From positions 62,001 to 126,000 of the forward strand of contig CDRNVI010000083.1 of the NCBI GenBank assembly GCA_977017575.1: a stretch of 64,000 nucleotides of DNA, in the 5' to 3' direction. This DNA is from Paramoeba atlantica. Taxonomy: Eukaryota > Protista > Discosea. The position numbers and the translations under genes were made by a program. Below are positions 39,882-49,563 of the stretch, piece after piece. Position 1 is the first letter of the stretch. Every line of letters begins with the position of its first letter. Below the pieces are notes generated by a model. The model saw nothing but the letters and a program-made list of their open reading frames with translations, did not search any database and was not told the origin of the DNA.

Positions 39882-42800
39882 TTAAGTGAGTGGAACTGTA
39901 AAGTAGGATAAAACTCCAACCACAACGAATAGAATGAGACAGAGTATTATCCCAACTCCACGAGCAAGCAAATGTGTGCGTGATACAGAGCTCTCGTTTC
40001 CATTTTTGTTATCTACCTTTGCTTTGTGTATTTTAGAAGTTTGTCCATTCCTTGTGGCCTCAGCTCGTGCCTTGTAACGCTCAAGTGCAGTGTTCTTACG
40101 AGTCCCCGTGATGGCTTCCTCCCCATACGCTGTTTCATAGTTGTATCTGGCATTGGGTAGAGGGTGAGACCAAATCAATCCAAGGTCGCTCACGTCTTCG
40201 TTTTGCTCTTCCGCACTGTTAAATGAATGTTCTGTATCGATCTCTACCCTTTGAGAGGTAGCCATGAAGGATGTAGAGTCGGCTTCTGCCCGCTCCTTTC
40301 TATCCACAGGAAAGACATCTTTAGGAGGTGAGGAAGCGCTATTCTCCGTCCACATTTGCGAGGACTCATCCAGATCTAAACTTTCCATCTCTTCTAATGT
40401 GTCGTCTTCGGTGCCATTGTACCCCGATGTCCAATCGCACGAGTCTTTCTCCATTTCACCCACCCCACGTGACCCATTAACATGTTTTTCCCCCGTTTCT
40501 TTCACATCGTTTTGACTCAGATCGAGATATCGCAACGTTGGGCGAATCGACGCCAGATGAAGAAGTTTCGAGAACCGATTCTTGTGCAAATCCAGCCTTT
40601 GTAGAGTGTCGGGAAGGTTCGCAAAGTCCACGACCCCACAAAAATCATTTCCCGAAGCCTCCAGCACATACAACCCCTTCCTGGTCAACCCCCGGAGATC
40701 GAGATCCCCGGTAAAATAGTTCCTGCTAAGATAAAGATACCGCAGACCCGGCCGTATCGGCTCAAGCCTCACCCTCCCCGTAAAATCATTATCCGAGACA
40801 TCCAACAACTCCAGCGACCACGGAAGCGCCTCCAACAAAAGCTCCCCCGTAAACCGGTTATGCGCCAAATTCAACCCCACCATCCCCTGCGGCAACCCCC
40901 CAAGATCCACCCCACCCCCATACCCATTATAACTCACATCCAGGACCTGTAAAAACCACGGCAGCTCCGTCAACCCGATCGCCTCCTCTTCCACAATCTC
41001 ATTATGACTGAGATCCACCCTCCGCACCCCCTCCGGCAGCACCTCCATCGGGAACCCGCGCTCCAGGCCGTTGTGACTCACATCCACCACCTCCAGCCCC
41101 CGGGGGAGCTCCCCCCACCGCAGCTCCCCGGAGAACTCATTGTGGCTGAGCTGCAGCACACGCAGCCAGCACGGCAGCGCGTGGAGCCGCAGAGTGCCGT
41201 AGAGCCGGTTGTGACTCATGTCTAACTCAGTGAGTGCTTCGGGGAGGAACCGCAGCTCGGGTTCACTGTCGAGGAGGTTGTGGCTGAGGTTGAGAGTGGT
41301 GAGAGAGGGGGGGAGGACGAGAAGGGCATCGGGGGGTAGTCTATCGAGTCGGTTGTGGCTGAGGTCCAGACATTGAAGACAAGGGGGGAGGGTGTGAAGG
41401 GATTCGGGGGGTAGGGGACCGTGGAGGCTGTTATGACTCAGATCGAGGACATGGAGAGAAGAGGGGAGGGTGTGGAGAGAGAGGGGACCGTGGAGGCTGT
41501 TATGACTCAGATCGAGGAGATGGAGAGCGGGGGGGAGGGGGGAGGGGAGGGTTCCGGAGAGAGCGTTGTGGGAGAGGTTGAGGGTGTGGAGGTCGGGGAG
41601 GGAGGAGGGAGGGGGGAGGGTGAGGGGACCGTGGAGGGTGTTGTGGGAGAGGTGGAGGGTGTGGAGGGGGGAGGGGGAGGAGGGGAGACGAAGTTCCCCG
41701 AAAAGGAGGTTGTGACGGACGTCGAGTTCGAGGAGCGCGGGGGGGAGTTTGTCGAGGAGCATAGGACCCTCCAGTTCGTTGTGAGCAAGAGATAGTTTTT
41801 GAAGCGACGATGGAAGTGCGTTCCAGTCAATCGAACCACAGAATTCGTTGTTGTTTAAGTAGAGTTCCGAGAGAAACTCGCAATGGGAAAGAGATTTCAT
41901 GTCCATGGGACCGGAGAATTGATTGTTTGCAAATGAAAGCGTCACGAGCGTGTTCGGTAAATCTTCTAGAGAAATGTCACCCGTGAGAAAGTTGTGCGAT
42001 AGGTCAATAATTTGTAAGGAACGAGGAAGCGTATCCATAGAAACGCCACCCATGACTTGATTATGATCAAGGAACACCTCTAGCAGCGAGCTTGGCCACG
42101 CATGGGAAGGAAGTAGTCCCCTAAACTTGTTGTCACCCAAATCAATTTTCTCAAGATTGGGGGGGAGAAAAATGAGATCGTGAAGAAAGCCCGTGAGTTG
42201 GTTGTTTCGGAGGGAAATTTCAATAAGGCATCGCGGAAGAGATTGAAATTGCACTGAACCATGTAACATATTTTTGCACAATCGAAGCGATCTAAGGGTG
42301 AGGGGAAAAGCTGTCCAATCCAGAGAACCATGAAGCTGTAGATCTCCCCAATCAATTGCTACAACCTGGCCCACGGGATCACCTCTGAAGCTATTTTTAT
42401 AACCGCTTTCTATATCGCCTGATAGGCATAAGTCAGATGACACATTCCTGGAAATATCGGGAGAGTGTGCACCTTCATGCGTGATTGAAGTATTTGTCAC
42501 CGGTTCTCTTGTACAGGGTTCACCACACTGCACACCGTACCAGTCACATGGGTGCGTGGTTGATTTCCAACTCCTATGCGGATTCTCTATATCCTTCAAA
42601 AGCAGTTGAAAACTAGATTGAAGCGACATTTGAGGGGTGATGCCCAACAGCTCTTCTAGCTCGCTGTCGTCCAAATCCGTATTCAGGGAGTGCACACAAT
42701 CCTCGGAAGAAATTCGTTGAGACGTTGCATGGGTAGTAGATTCTTGTCCTTTAAATGCAGAGGCCCTCGGTGTGGACACGTCTTCTGAGCAATATCCCTC

Positions 42801-42992
42801 CTCTTCATTTTTCGCAAGCGTTCCATTTAGATCACCTGTCCTCCGCAAGACGTCCACATCCGCTGCTTCAGAAGTAAATTTATATGTCTGTACACCAATG
42901 GAAGACTTTAGACGACCATGACGCGCTATGCAGGGAAACAGAACGTAAATATAGAGCAGGGGCAAGGCTAAAAGCACTTCATAAGCATACAT
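39882..42992 (-). CDS. Large LRR protein with hydrophobic N-terminus and C-terminal transmembrane helix
   Basis: 1036 aa, more than 20 LxxLxLSHNxxxG repeats; C-terminal GVGIILCLILFVVVGVLSYF. Confidence 0.88.
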   Translation of the reverse strand: MYAYEVLLALPLLYIYVLFPCIARHGRLKSSIGVQTYKFTSEAADVDVLRRTGDLNGTLAKNEEEGYCSEDVSTPRASAFKGQESTTHATSQRISSEDCVHSLNTDLDDSELEELLGITPQMSLQSSFQLLLKDIENPHRSWKSTTHPCDWYGVQCGEPCTREPVTNTSITHEGAHSPDISRNVSSDLCLSGDIESGYKNSFRGDPVGQVVAIDWGDLQLHGSLDWTAFPLTLRSLRLCKNMLHGSVQFQSLPRCLIEISLRNNQLTGFLHDLIFLPPNLEKIDLGDNKFRGLLPSHAWPSSLLEVFLDHNQVMGGVSMDTLPRSLQIIDLSHNFLTGDISLEDLPNTLVTLSFANNQFSGPMDMKSLSHCEFLSELYLNNNEFCGSIDWNALPSSLQKLSLAHNELEGPMLLDKLPPALLELDVRHNLLFGELRLPSSPSPLHTLHLSHNTLHGPLTLPPPSSLPDLHTLNLSHNALSGTLPSPLPPALHLLDLSHNSLHGPLSLHTLPSSLHVLDLSHNSLHGPLPPESLHTLPPCLQCLDLSHNRLDRLPPDALLVLPPSLTTLNLSHNLLDSEPELRFLPEALTELDMSHNRLYGTLRLHALPCWLRVLQLSHNEFSGELRWGELPRGLEVVDVSHNGLERGFPMEVLPEGVRRVDLSHNEIVEEEAIGLTELPWFLQVLDVSYNGYGGGVDLGGLPQGMVGLNLAHNRFTGELLLEALPWSLELLDVSDNDFTGRVRLEPIRPGLRYLYLSRNYFTGDLDLRGLTRKGLYVLEASGNDFCGVVDFANLPDTLQRLDLHKNRFSKLLHLASIRPTLRYLDLSQNDVKETGEKHVNGSRGVGEMEKDSCDWTSGYNGTEDDTLEEMESLDLDESSQMWTENSASSPPKDVFPVDRKERAEADSTSFMATSQRVEIDTEHSFNSAEEQNEDVSDLGLIWSHPLPNARYNYETAYGEEAITGTRKNTALERYKARAEATRNGQTSKIHKAKVDNKNGNESSVSRTHLLARGVGIILCLILFVVVGVLSYFTVPLT

Positions 42993-43333
42993 TGAACGGA
43001 TAGCGAGTTGAATACTAAAATATAGGTAGTTTCGAAATACAAAAGGGAAAATAAATCCCGTGACAAAGTGTTAATAGAAAAGTGAAGCGTTCGTAATATT
43101 GCATGTCTTAAAATTGTAGGGCAGGATTTGCTAAAAAAGCAAAAACTCATGAATAGTAAGGTACAAAACAATAGTTTACGTCACTTTGCTCAACCATCTT
43201 GAAGTTCAGCATATAAATGTATATTATTCGAAACCACCAAAATAGATTTATCTTTCTTTTCCATCTTGCTTCTCCTTTCCTTATCTTACCCCCAAAACAC
43301 AACTTCACCCTTCATCCCACCACCCTCTTCCCT

Positions 43334-44158
43334 TCACGCCTGCATCCGCACCCACTTCTGGTAGTCCCGCACGTGCGCCATCCGTCTCTCCGCGCGCTCC
43401 GCCCTCTCCCCATCCCCCTCCTTGGTGCGCACCGACAGCCGCACCCGTACGTACCGCTCCAGCAGCTTCTTCCCGTCCAACCCCTCCACCGCCGCGGCCG
43501 CCGCGCCCGTACTCCCAAAGTACACGAACGCGTGCCCGCGGCGGTAGGTGCGTACCTTCTCCACCGCCCCGTACCGCTCGAACGCCTTCCCCAGCGCTGC
43601 CTTACCCACCGTGGCAGCACTCACGGGGGCGACAAACACACTGGTGCAGTACTCCCCCCGGGGGGTCGGGGGGAGGGCCTTGGCCGGGGAGAGGGAGAGC
43701 GGGGTGTGCCCCCCGCCGATCCCGGCCATCGGCCTGCGGTGGTGGGTGTCGATGGCGTGTCGCACGGCCGCGGGGGAGGTGAACCACACCAGGGCGTACT
43801 TCCCGCCGCGGCGACGGGAGGCGGCGATGGGGCCGCAGGAGGCGCGGAGGGCCGCGGTGAGGGTGTCGAGGCGGTCGTGGGGGGAGAGACCGGTGACGTA
43901 GACCCCGGAGGGGGTGGGGGGTTTGGACTTGGTGGTGGAGGTGGGGGGTGGGGGTTGTTTGGCCTTGGAGGGGGCGGGAGGGGGTGGTTTCACGGCTGCA
44001 CCGGATTTGGAACCCGCACCGGGTTTGGTGGAACCCGGTTTGTTGGAGGAAACAGGGGGTTTGGTTTTAGGGTTAGTGGGAGCAGGTGGGGTGGGTTTGG
44101 GTTTGGTCGAGGAGACGGTGCTCGACTTAGGGGGTGTTGGTTTCTTTCCTGAAGGCAT
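43334..44158 (-). CDS. Two-RRM protein resembling kinetoplastid P34/P37 (NRBD1/2) 5S rRNA-binding proteins
   Basis: K/P-rich N-terminus then GVYV, RRRGGKYALVWF..PAAVRHAID, LSPAK, VFVAPV, KVRTYR..HAFVYF, RVRLSVR...RAERA, matching the order I recall for T. brucei p34/p37. Confidence 0.75.
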   Translation of the reverse strand: MPSGKKPTPPKSSTVSSTKPKPTPPAPTNPKTKPPVSSNKPGSTKPGAGSKSGAAVKPPPPAPSKAKQPPPPTSTTKSKPPTPSGVYVTGLSPHDRLDTLTAALRASCGPIAASRRRGGKYALVWFTSPAAVRHAIDTHHRRPMAGIGGGHTPLSLSPAKALPPTPRGEYCTSVFVAPVSAATVGKAALGKAFERYGAVEKVRTYRRGHAFVYFGSTGAAAAAVEGLDGKKLLERYVRVRLSVRTKEGDGERAERAERRMAHVRDYQKWVRMQA

Positions 44159-44239
44159 AGATGGGGAGATGCGTGAGTTGAACGCGTAACGTAGTAGAAA
44201 AGAACTTTATGTTGAAATGGAATGTGATGTGTACAAATA

Positions 44240-44630
44240 ACCCGGGGGTAATATTTAAATTCTAATTTACCGGTGAAACGGTTATTAAGGATAAAAGTAA
44301 TTAAGGCAGATCGAATTTTAAAATTAATTATTGTCTTAATTAAAGTTCCCTTAATTAAAGTGGCGCTAATAAAAGCCCAAAAAAGTTGTTATTCAAATAT
44401 TGTCTTTTGTAGCATAAATATCGCATTTCTGCTAAAAGAGTTCAATTTCTGATCATTTTTCGTGTTTTTCGAACTTTTCAAGATGAGCTTCGCCTGTTTC
44501 AACCAGTTCAACGTGTGAGAGAAAAGCCAAAACGATCATGTAAAGGAGAAGTCTGAGGCATAATCATGGAATTAATTTTTCCTAATTTAAATGTTAATAT
44601 GCAATTTAAAGATTAATCCGCACCCCGGGC
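44240..44630. mobile_element. Possible TA-flanked MITE with short imperfect TIRs
   Basis: TA|ACCCGGGGG...CACCCCGGGC|TA; AT-rich TTAATTAA motifs; internal TACCGGTGAAAC resembles the 28540 terminus. Confidence 0.4.
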
Positions 44631-45077
44631 TAGAATTGTGTACATGCGCAAATCTTGGGATATGGGAAAGCCCAAGAAAAAGAAAGCCCCCCCCGTCGTA
44701 GTGTTTTCAACTATGGAGAGCCACAGTTCTTATTCAATAACTACTTACTCAAGAAATACTGTATACTGTGAAACATTTCGTTTTGCCCTATGTACATGTA
44801 TCCCGTGAATGGGAAAAACCAGAAAACTCTTTCTGCTAGCGGGAAGTTAAATAAAAAGTTACGCCATATTTTACAGTTACCCATACGAATTAATGTACCC
44901 CCCAGTACAATAACTAGCTACAGGTACAATACGTAGCTACACGTGCAGCAAAAATTCCGAAAAAAAAAATTTGGCGACACTTCGCGGCGCCGTGGTTCCC
45001 TTTCGTAAACTGGTAATTTTGGGATGGAGTAAATACATATTTGACAGTGAGAAAATCGAAGTGGCCCATCATGGACT

Positions 45078-45897
45078 TCATTCTCCCATAGTATCCCCGG
45101 AAAAAAGTGGAAGTTGCAGGGGGTCTATTCGCGGCACATCGCATTCAATCCACGCCGTAGGAACATATTTTAGAGTGCTTAAATATGCTAGAAAATAATT
45201 ATAGTGTAAACTCAATCGAAATGCTTTTGAATCCCCAGGAAGGTGACGGAGATCCACAACACCTGTCAATCGATTGCCATTAAGATTAAGCAACCTCAAC
45301 CCAGGGGGAAGCCTTGTAAGATCTACTGGCCCCTCAAATTTATTACCACGCAAAACTATTTTTATCATGGAGGAAGGAAGCTTTGTTAGATCGAGAGGCC
45401 CACTAAAGTTATTTGTACTTAAAAACAATTCAGTCATATTCGGTGGAAGTGTAGTCAGATCGACCGTCCGAACGTGATCATTTTCATACAATTGCTATAG
45501 TTAGAGTATGACTTAATGCAGCGGTAGGAAGTTGACCGCCGAACATTGAACTGAGGAAGGAATCACGTACTATCTTGACCACGTGACGTGGGCAGAACTC
45601 CCAAGTCAAATTTCCACAAGTTGCAGGAGCACTAAAAAGAATTTCTATTACCTTTTGCTCCTTGTCACATACGATACCCTCCCAGGAGCATACGGGAGAA
45701 GAGGCATTGTACCAACTCGCAGGAAGATTCTTCAAGTGTTGGGTAAAGAGTCGCACCTGATAATCATCTGAAGTGATTGCAGAAGTAGTTTTGGAGCTGT
45801 AGCATCGACGTTTCCTTGGAGGACCATTTGCTGTATCATCCGCGGCGTGCAACGTTAGAGCGCGAATGAACAAACCAATGATACAGATATGCGGCAT
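45078..45897 (-). pseudogene. LRR gene (paralog of 400-1068) with a 2-bp deletion frameshift near 45490
   Basis: 19 nt versus 21 nt between aligned anchors in the paralog; the two listed ORFs join across it. Confidence 0.8.
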
Positions 45898-46251
45898 TTT
45901 ATCAAATAGACAATCGTACGATGAAGAGGTATTTTATTCAGGAAGAATATTCAACAATAAAAAGTGTAAATGCTGCTTTTCTAAAGCAACTCATGAGAAA
46001 TCGAAAGGTTCAAAAGGCGTGTGAATAACAAAAATTGAAATTCTCAATAGACTCAAAACAGTGGAGTAACAAAGCCTTAACCGGTATTGCATATTAAAAA
46101 ACTGGAATAGCACCACAGAAACCAGTGGTCCTATCCACAAGGTACATAATGTACAGAATCTCTCCTAAACACGTGGTGTGAATCCGTTGAACTGCGCCTG
46201 CCTCCATACTTTGTAGGCCCCCCCCATGAGCGAGCCCAAGCGTCCAGCACG

Positions 46252-49245
46252 CTAGGCACTCTCAACGAACTCCTGCAGTAACACGAGACGCACGTCCTCC
46301 TGCACAGAACATCTCAGACGCACGTTCAGGGACACACCCTGGCGTGTCGACTCTACCTGAATACGAAGATAGAGGGGGTAGTGTCCCGTGCCATCTGGAC
46401 CCATCAACTCCCCGGAGTAGACCAAAACCGCCCGCTGTGGGGGAGAGCGACTCGGTTTCCCTTGTCCCCCGTCCTGTTGTCTCGTGATGGCGTCATCCCA
46501 CACACAGTGGAGGCCGGAGACCATCCCGGTGAGGGCGTTACACACTTCGTTCAGTCCCCCTTCTCCGGAGTACCCCGGAAGTCGATAATTTCCCATCGAT
46601 TCAGGGAGGTGATCTAAGGGAAAGACGGTGCCATCGGCAGCCCATGTGGCCGCGACGGCTCGATCCGTCTCAGATGACGCAGCGGGACGTACGTAGTCCC
46701 ATGTGGTGAGCTCCGCAGCTTCCAGGGCGTAGTCATCTGTGGTGCCGTGGCCTACAGGGAAGTCCCCTGTTTCCTCAGCCTCAGCGAGACCAAAGGAGAG
46801 CTTGTGACTAAGAAGACCCACACAGAGCGCTCCCGCAGGTTTGCGCAGCACCACGTGGACGTGGCGTATCTGCCCGGGTGGGATAAACGGGGTAGGGTAA
46901 GTTTGCTTCACAAGGACTGAGGGGTTAATCTCGTGTACGTCAACCTCCACATTTACGGTAGTGAGCGCAACAGCCTCCATTGTGTTTTGAATTTGATACT
47001 GCAGTACTACGGTGTCGGTGTAAAGAAGAAACACGAGGTGGACGACGTACTCCGTATCTTGCTCAGTAAGCGCCTGGCTTTTGGACACCGCGAAAGGGGC
47101 GCCTAGGTGCTCAAAGCACTCATGTTCAAGAATGACGCTAGGTAGCTTATTAGTGGGCAAGGATGGCTCCGAAACGGCTTGGGGGCCATTCGAAAAATTA
47201 TTCGACCGGTAAGCAGCATCGCCAGTTTTCTCATTGGCTGTGCCAAGCTCTGTACCCGACAGTTCACTGCTGCTGCAAAAACTCACAAAACTTTGTTTGC
47301 TTTCGCACCATCCCAAAACTTGTGCGGTCACGGATTGATCGCACTGACGCAGCAAGTGCAAATACAGCGTAGCACGACTTCGACATTCTGTGTCTGTTTC
47401 ATTTTGAAGCACCGCTTCATAACAGGACGTCACAAGAGATCGTGCGGACTCACATACAAACGCTATTTTGGCCAGTGCCGTGAGCGAGGCGGCGCGCACG
47501 CTGGGTACACACAGTACCAGGCAACTCATAAGGGTAGGGACAAGCCGTGTGGGAGTCTGCGTACGAGACCCTACTAATCCGATGGCGAAAACGGCACGAA
47601 TTTCCAACCCTGGTGCCGTGCTTTCGTCCAGTACTGTACAAAAAAGGCTTAGGAGCGGCGCTCTCCAGTGTGACACCCTATCTGCAATGCACCTAAGTTG
47701 GTCGAGGAGCTCACACTGCAGGCGGCAAAGCAGTGGGGATGGGTTGGATACTTTCAATATTTCCCGGAAGACGTCATGTGTGGGAGTGTGGACGACGGAA
47801 GAACGGAAACATAGTTCCTTTACCGAATACAAGAGCTCACGCTTGGTATCCTCGCCTACGTGATCGGATAGCATCAAACACGGAAGTGCGCTCAAGACCT
47901 CGTACCCAAGATCCTCCGCCTGAGGAAGACGTAGAAGAATTTTCAGAGCCATGGCGACCTGTGAGGCGTCTGCACCTTCTATTTCCTCCCCGTCTTGGAT
48001 GGAGCTCACCAAAATGTGCTGCAATTCGTGACGACACCCACTGACGCATCCCGGGTGAGCCCGCGAGAGTTGGTCGATCACCGACAGCGCTGTACTCTGC
48101 CACACAACATTCGGTGACACCAAATACGACTGCAGTGTCGTCACCACCATTTCAGCCTCCACAATCTCGGGAATACCACACATCGTCATCGCCGCCTCCA
48201 TCACCACCACACCCTCCGGATGCCCCAGCGCCCCCCGAATAAACCCCACCACCTCACTCGGGGGTTGTCCCCCATACCGAGGCCTGGACCCCCCACCCCC
48301 CTCCCTTCCCCGCCCCCCGTAACACCGCCCACACTGCCGCAGCAGCGCACACACCCCCAGCGGTGACCTCACCCGCCCCCCCTCCTGCTGAACCAGCCGT
48401 GCCAGGTCATAGTACCCCGGGGGGGAGTGCTCCCTCCCCTGGGCCTCCCCCCCACTTCTGTTCTTCTTCTTCCCTCCCCCCTTCCCCTGTGCCCCTTCGG
48501 CTGCCCTGTGCTCCCCTCGCTGCGGCCCCGTGCCGCGCAGCAGGACGACCAGGGCGTGGTGCTGGACGCTGGGGTGGGCACTCCGCAGGGCCCCCCGGAG
48601 CTCGTGGGCGCAGGCGCCGGTGAGCTCGGGGGCGCGGGGGAGCAGGTGGAGGCCCACGCGGAGGGCGGCGCACGCGACCGCGGGGGAGGGGTCCGCGAGG
48701 GCGCGCTGGAGGACCCGACGCATCGGGGGGGAGAGGAGCACGGAGGGCTCGCGGAGACAGAGCGCGCCCCAGGTGCGTAGGGCGTGGGGGGGGAGGGGGG
48801 AGGGCTCGGGGGATTGGATGTCCCGGATAAGGGGGTTGGTGGCGGTGAGGAGGGCGGAGGAGGCGGTGGGGCTGGTGAGGGGGCTGTGGGTGCTGAGCTG
48901 TTGGAGGACAAGGTAGAGGAGACGACGGAGCCAAGGGGCGTGTTGGATTTGAAACAGTTTGGTGACGCCAATGGCAAGTTCCGTGGCCTCGGTCTCGGTT
49001 AGGGTTTCTCCCGGATGGTGCAGTAAGTACAGGAGGTGGAGTAGCACGGCGTGGCATTCATGAGGATCGGGACGTTGAGAGGAGAAAATGCGGCATTGCA
49101 AGATGACGGCCGTTTTTTCTATGCCTTTGAAAGGGTTTAATACGATACGTGAAGCATCGTTTTTTTCATCGCAATCATTGCTAAGAGGAGGTTTCAGGTC
49201 AAGTAAGTCCATTAATGCCGTGTCCAGCCCACGTGGTTCTTCCAT
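46252..49245 (-). CDS. COPG: Coatomer subunit gamma (probable start MEEPRG at 49245)
   Basis: NPFKGIEKTAVILQCRIF, TETEATELAIGVTKLFQ, appendage motif LTEQDTEYVVHLV...VLQYQIQNTM. Confidence 0.9.
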   Translation of the reverse strand: MEEPRGLDTALMDLLDLKPPLSNDCDEKNDASRIVLNPFKGIEKTAVILQCRIFSSQRPDPHECHAVLLHLLYLLHHPGETLTETEATELAIGVTKLFQIQHAPWLRRLLYLVLQQLSTHSPLTSPTASSALLTATNPLIRDIQSPEPSPLPPHALRTWGALCLREPSVLLSPPMRRVLQRALADPSPAVACAALRVGLHLLPRAPELTGACAHELRGALRSAHPSVQHHALVVLLRGTGPQRGEHRAAEGAQGKGGGKKKNRSGGEAQGREHSPPGYYDLARLVQQEGGRVRSPLGVCALLRQCGRCYGGRGREGGGGSRPRYGGQPPSEVVGFIRGALGHPEGVVVMEAAMTMCGIPEIVEAEMVVTTLQSYLVSPNVVWQSTALSVIDQLSRAHPGCVSGCRHELQHILVSSIQDGEEIEGADASQVAMALKILLRLPQAEDLGYEVLSALPCLMLSDHVGEDTKRELLYSVKELCFRSSVVHTPTHDVFREILKVSNPSPLLCRLQCELLDQLRCIADRVSHWRAPLLSLFCTVLDESTAPGLEIRAVFAIGLVGSRTQTPTRLVPTLMSCLVLCVPSVRAASLTALAKIAFVCESARSLVTSCYEAVLQNETDTECRSRATLYLHLLRQCDQSVTAQVLGWCESKQSFVSFCSSSELSGTELGTANEKTGDAAYRSNNFSNGPQAVSEPSLPTNKLPSVILEHECFEHLGAPFAVSKSQALTEQDTEYVVHLVFLLYTDTVVLQYQIQNTMEAVALTTVNVEVDVHEINPSVLVKQTYPTPFIPPGQIRHVHVVLRKPAGALCVGLLSHKLSFGLAEAEETGDFPVGHGTTDDYALEAAELTTWDYVRPAASSETDRAVAATWAADGTVFPLDHLPESMGNYRLPGYSGEGGLNEVCNALTGMVSGLHCVWDDAITRQQDGGQGKPSRSPPQRAVLVYSGELMGPDGTGHYPLYLRIQVESTRQGVSLNVRLRCSVQEDVRLVLLQEFVESA

Positions 49246-49414
49246 TGGAAAACAATAAGAATAGGGATAGGAAATTTTGATTCTAAAATACGACTTCCTC
49301 TTTACATGCATGGCCTAGAGTATTTGCGTACAGCATTGCCGTAGATTTAGAACTATAGTTTTTCTCGCTTCAGGAAACTGCTCGACTAGTCTCCACTTTT
49401 TACAAAGATAAATA

Positions 49415-49522
49415 CTGCCCCCCCTCCGTTTAAGCGCACCTCATTTTCCGTGGAAAGTGCGCTTAAACGGGGGGTGGGAGCGTGGGGGGCTAACCGGGTG
49501 CGCTTAAGGGGAGGGGGGACAG
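49415..49522. mobile_element. 108-bp TA-flanked MITE
   Basis: TA|CTGCCCCCCCTCCGTTTAAGCGCACC...GGTGCGCTTAAGGGGAGGGGGGACAG|TA. Confidence 0.8.
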
Positions 49523-49563
49523 TAACAAAGAAAACGACAACTGCAAGATAGAATAGTGGAAAA

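Noticed and set aside
1198-48916. Numerous + strand and alternative-frame ORFs overlapping the GC islands (e.g. 1645-1935, 9927-10766, 26570-27052, 43217-44152, 48407-49057)
   Set aside because: Shadow frames expected from high GC and few stops; low-complexity products with no family motifs
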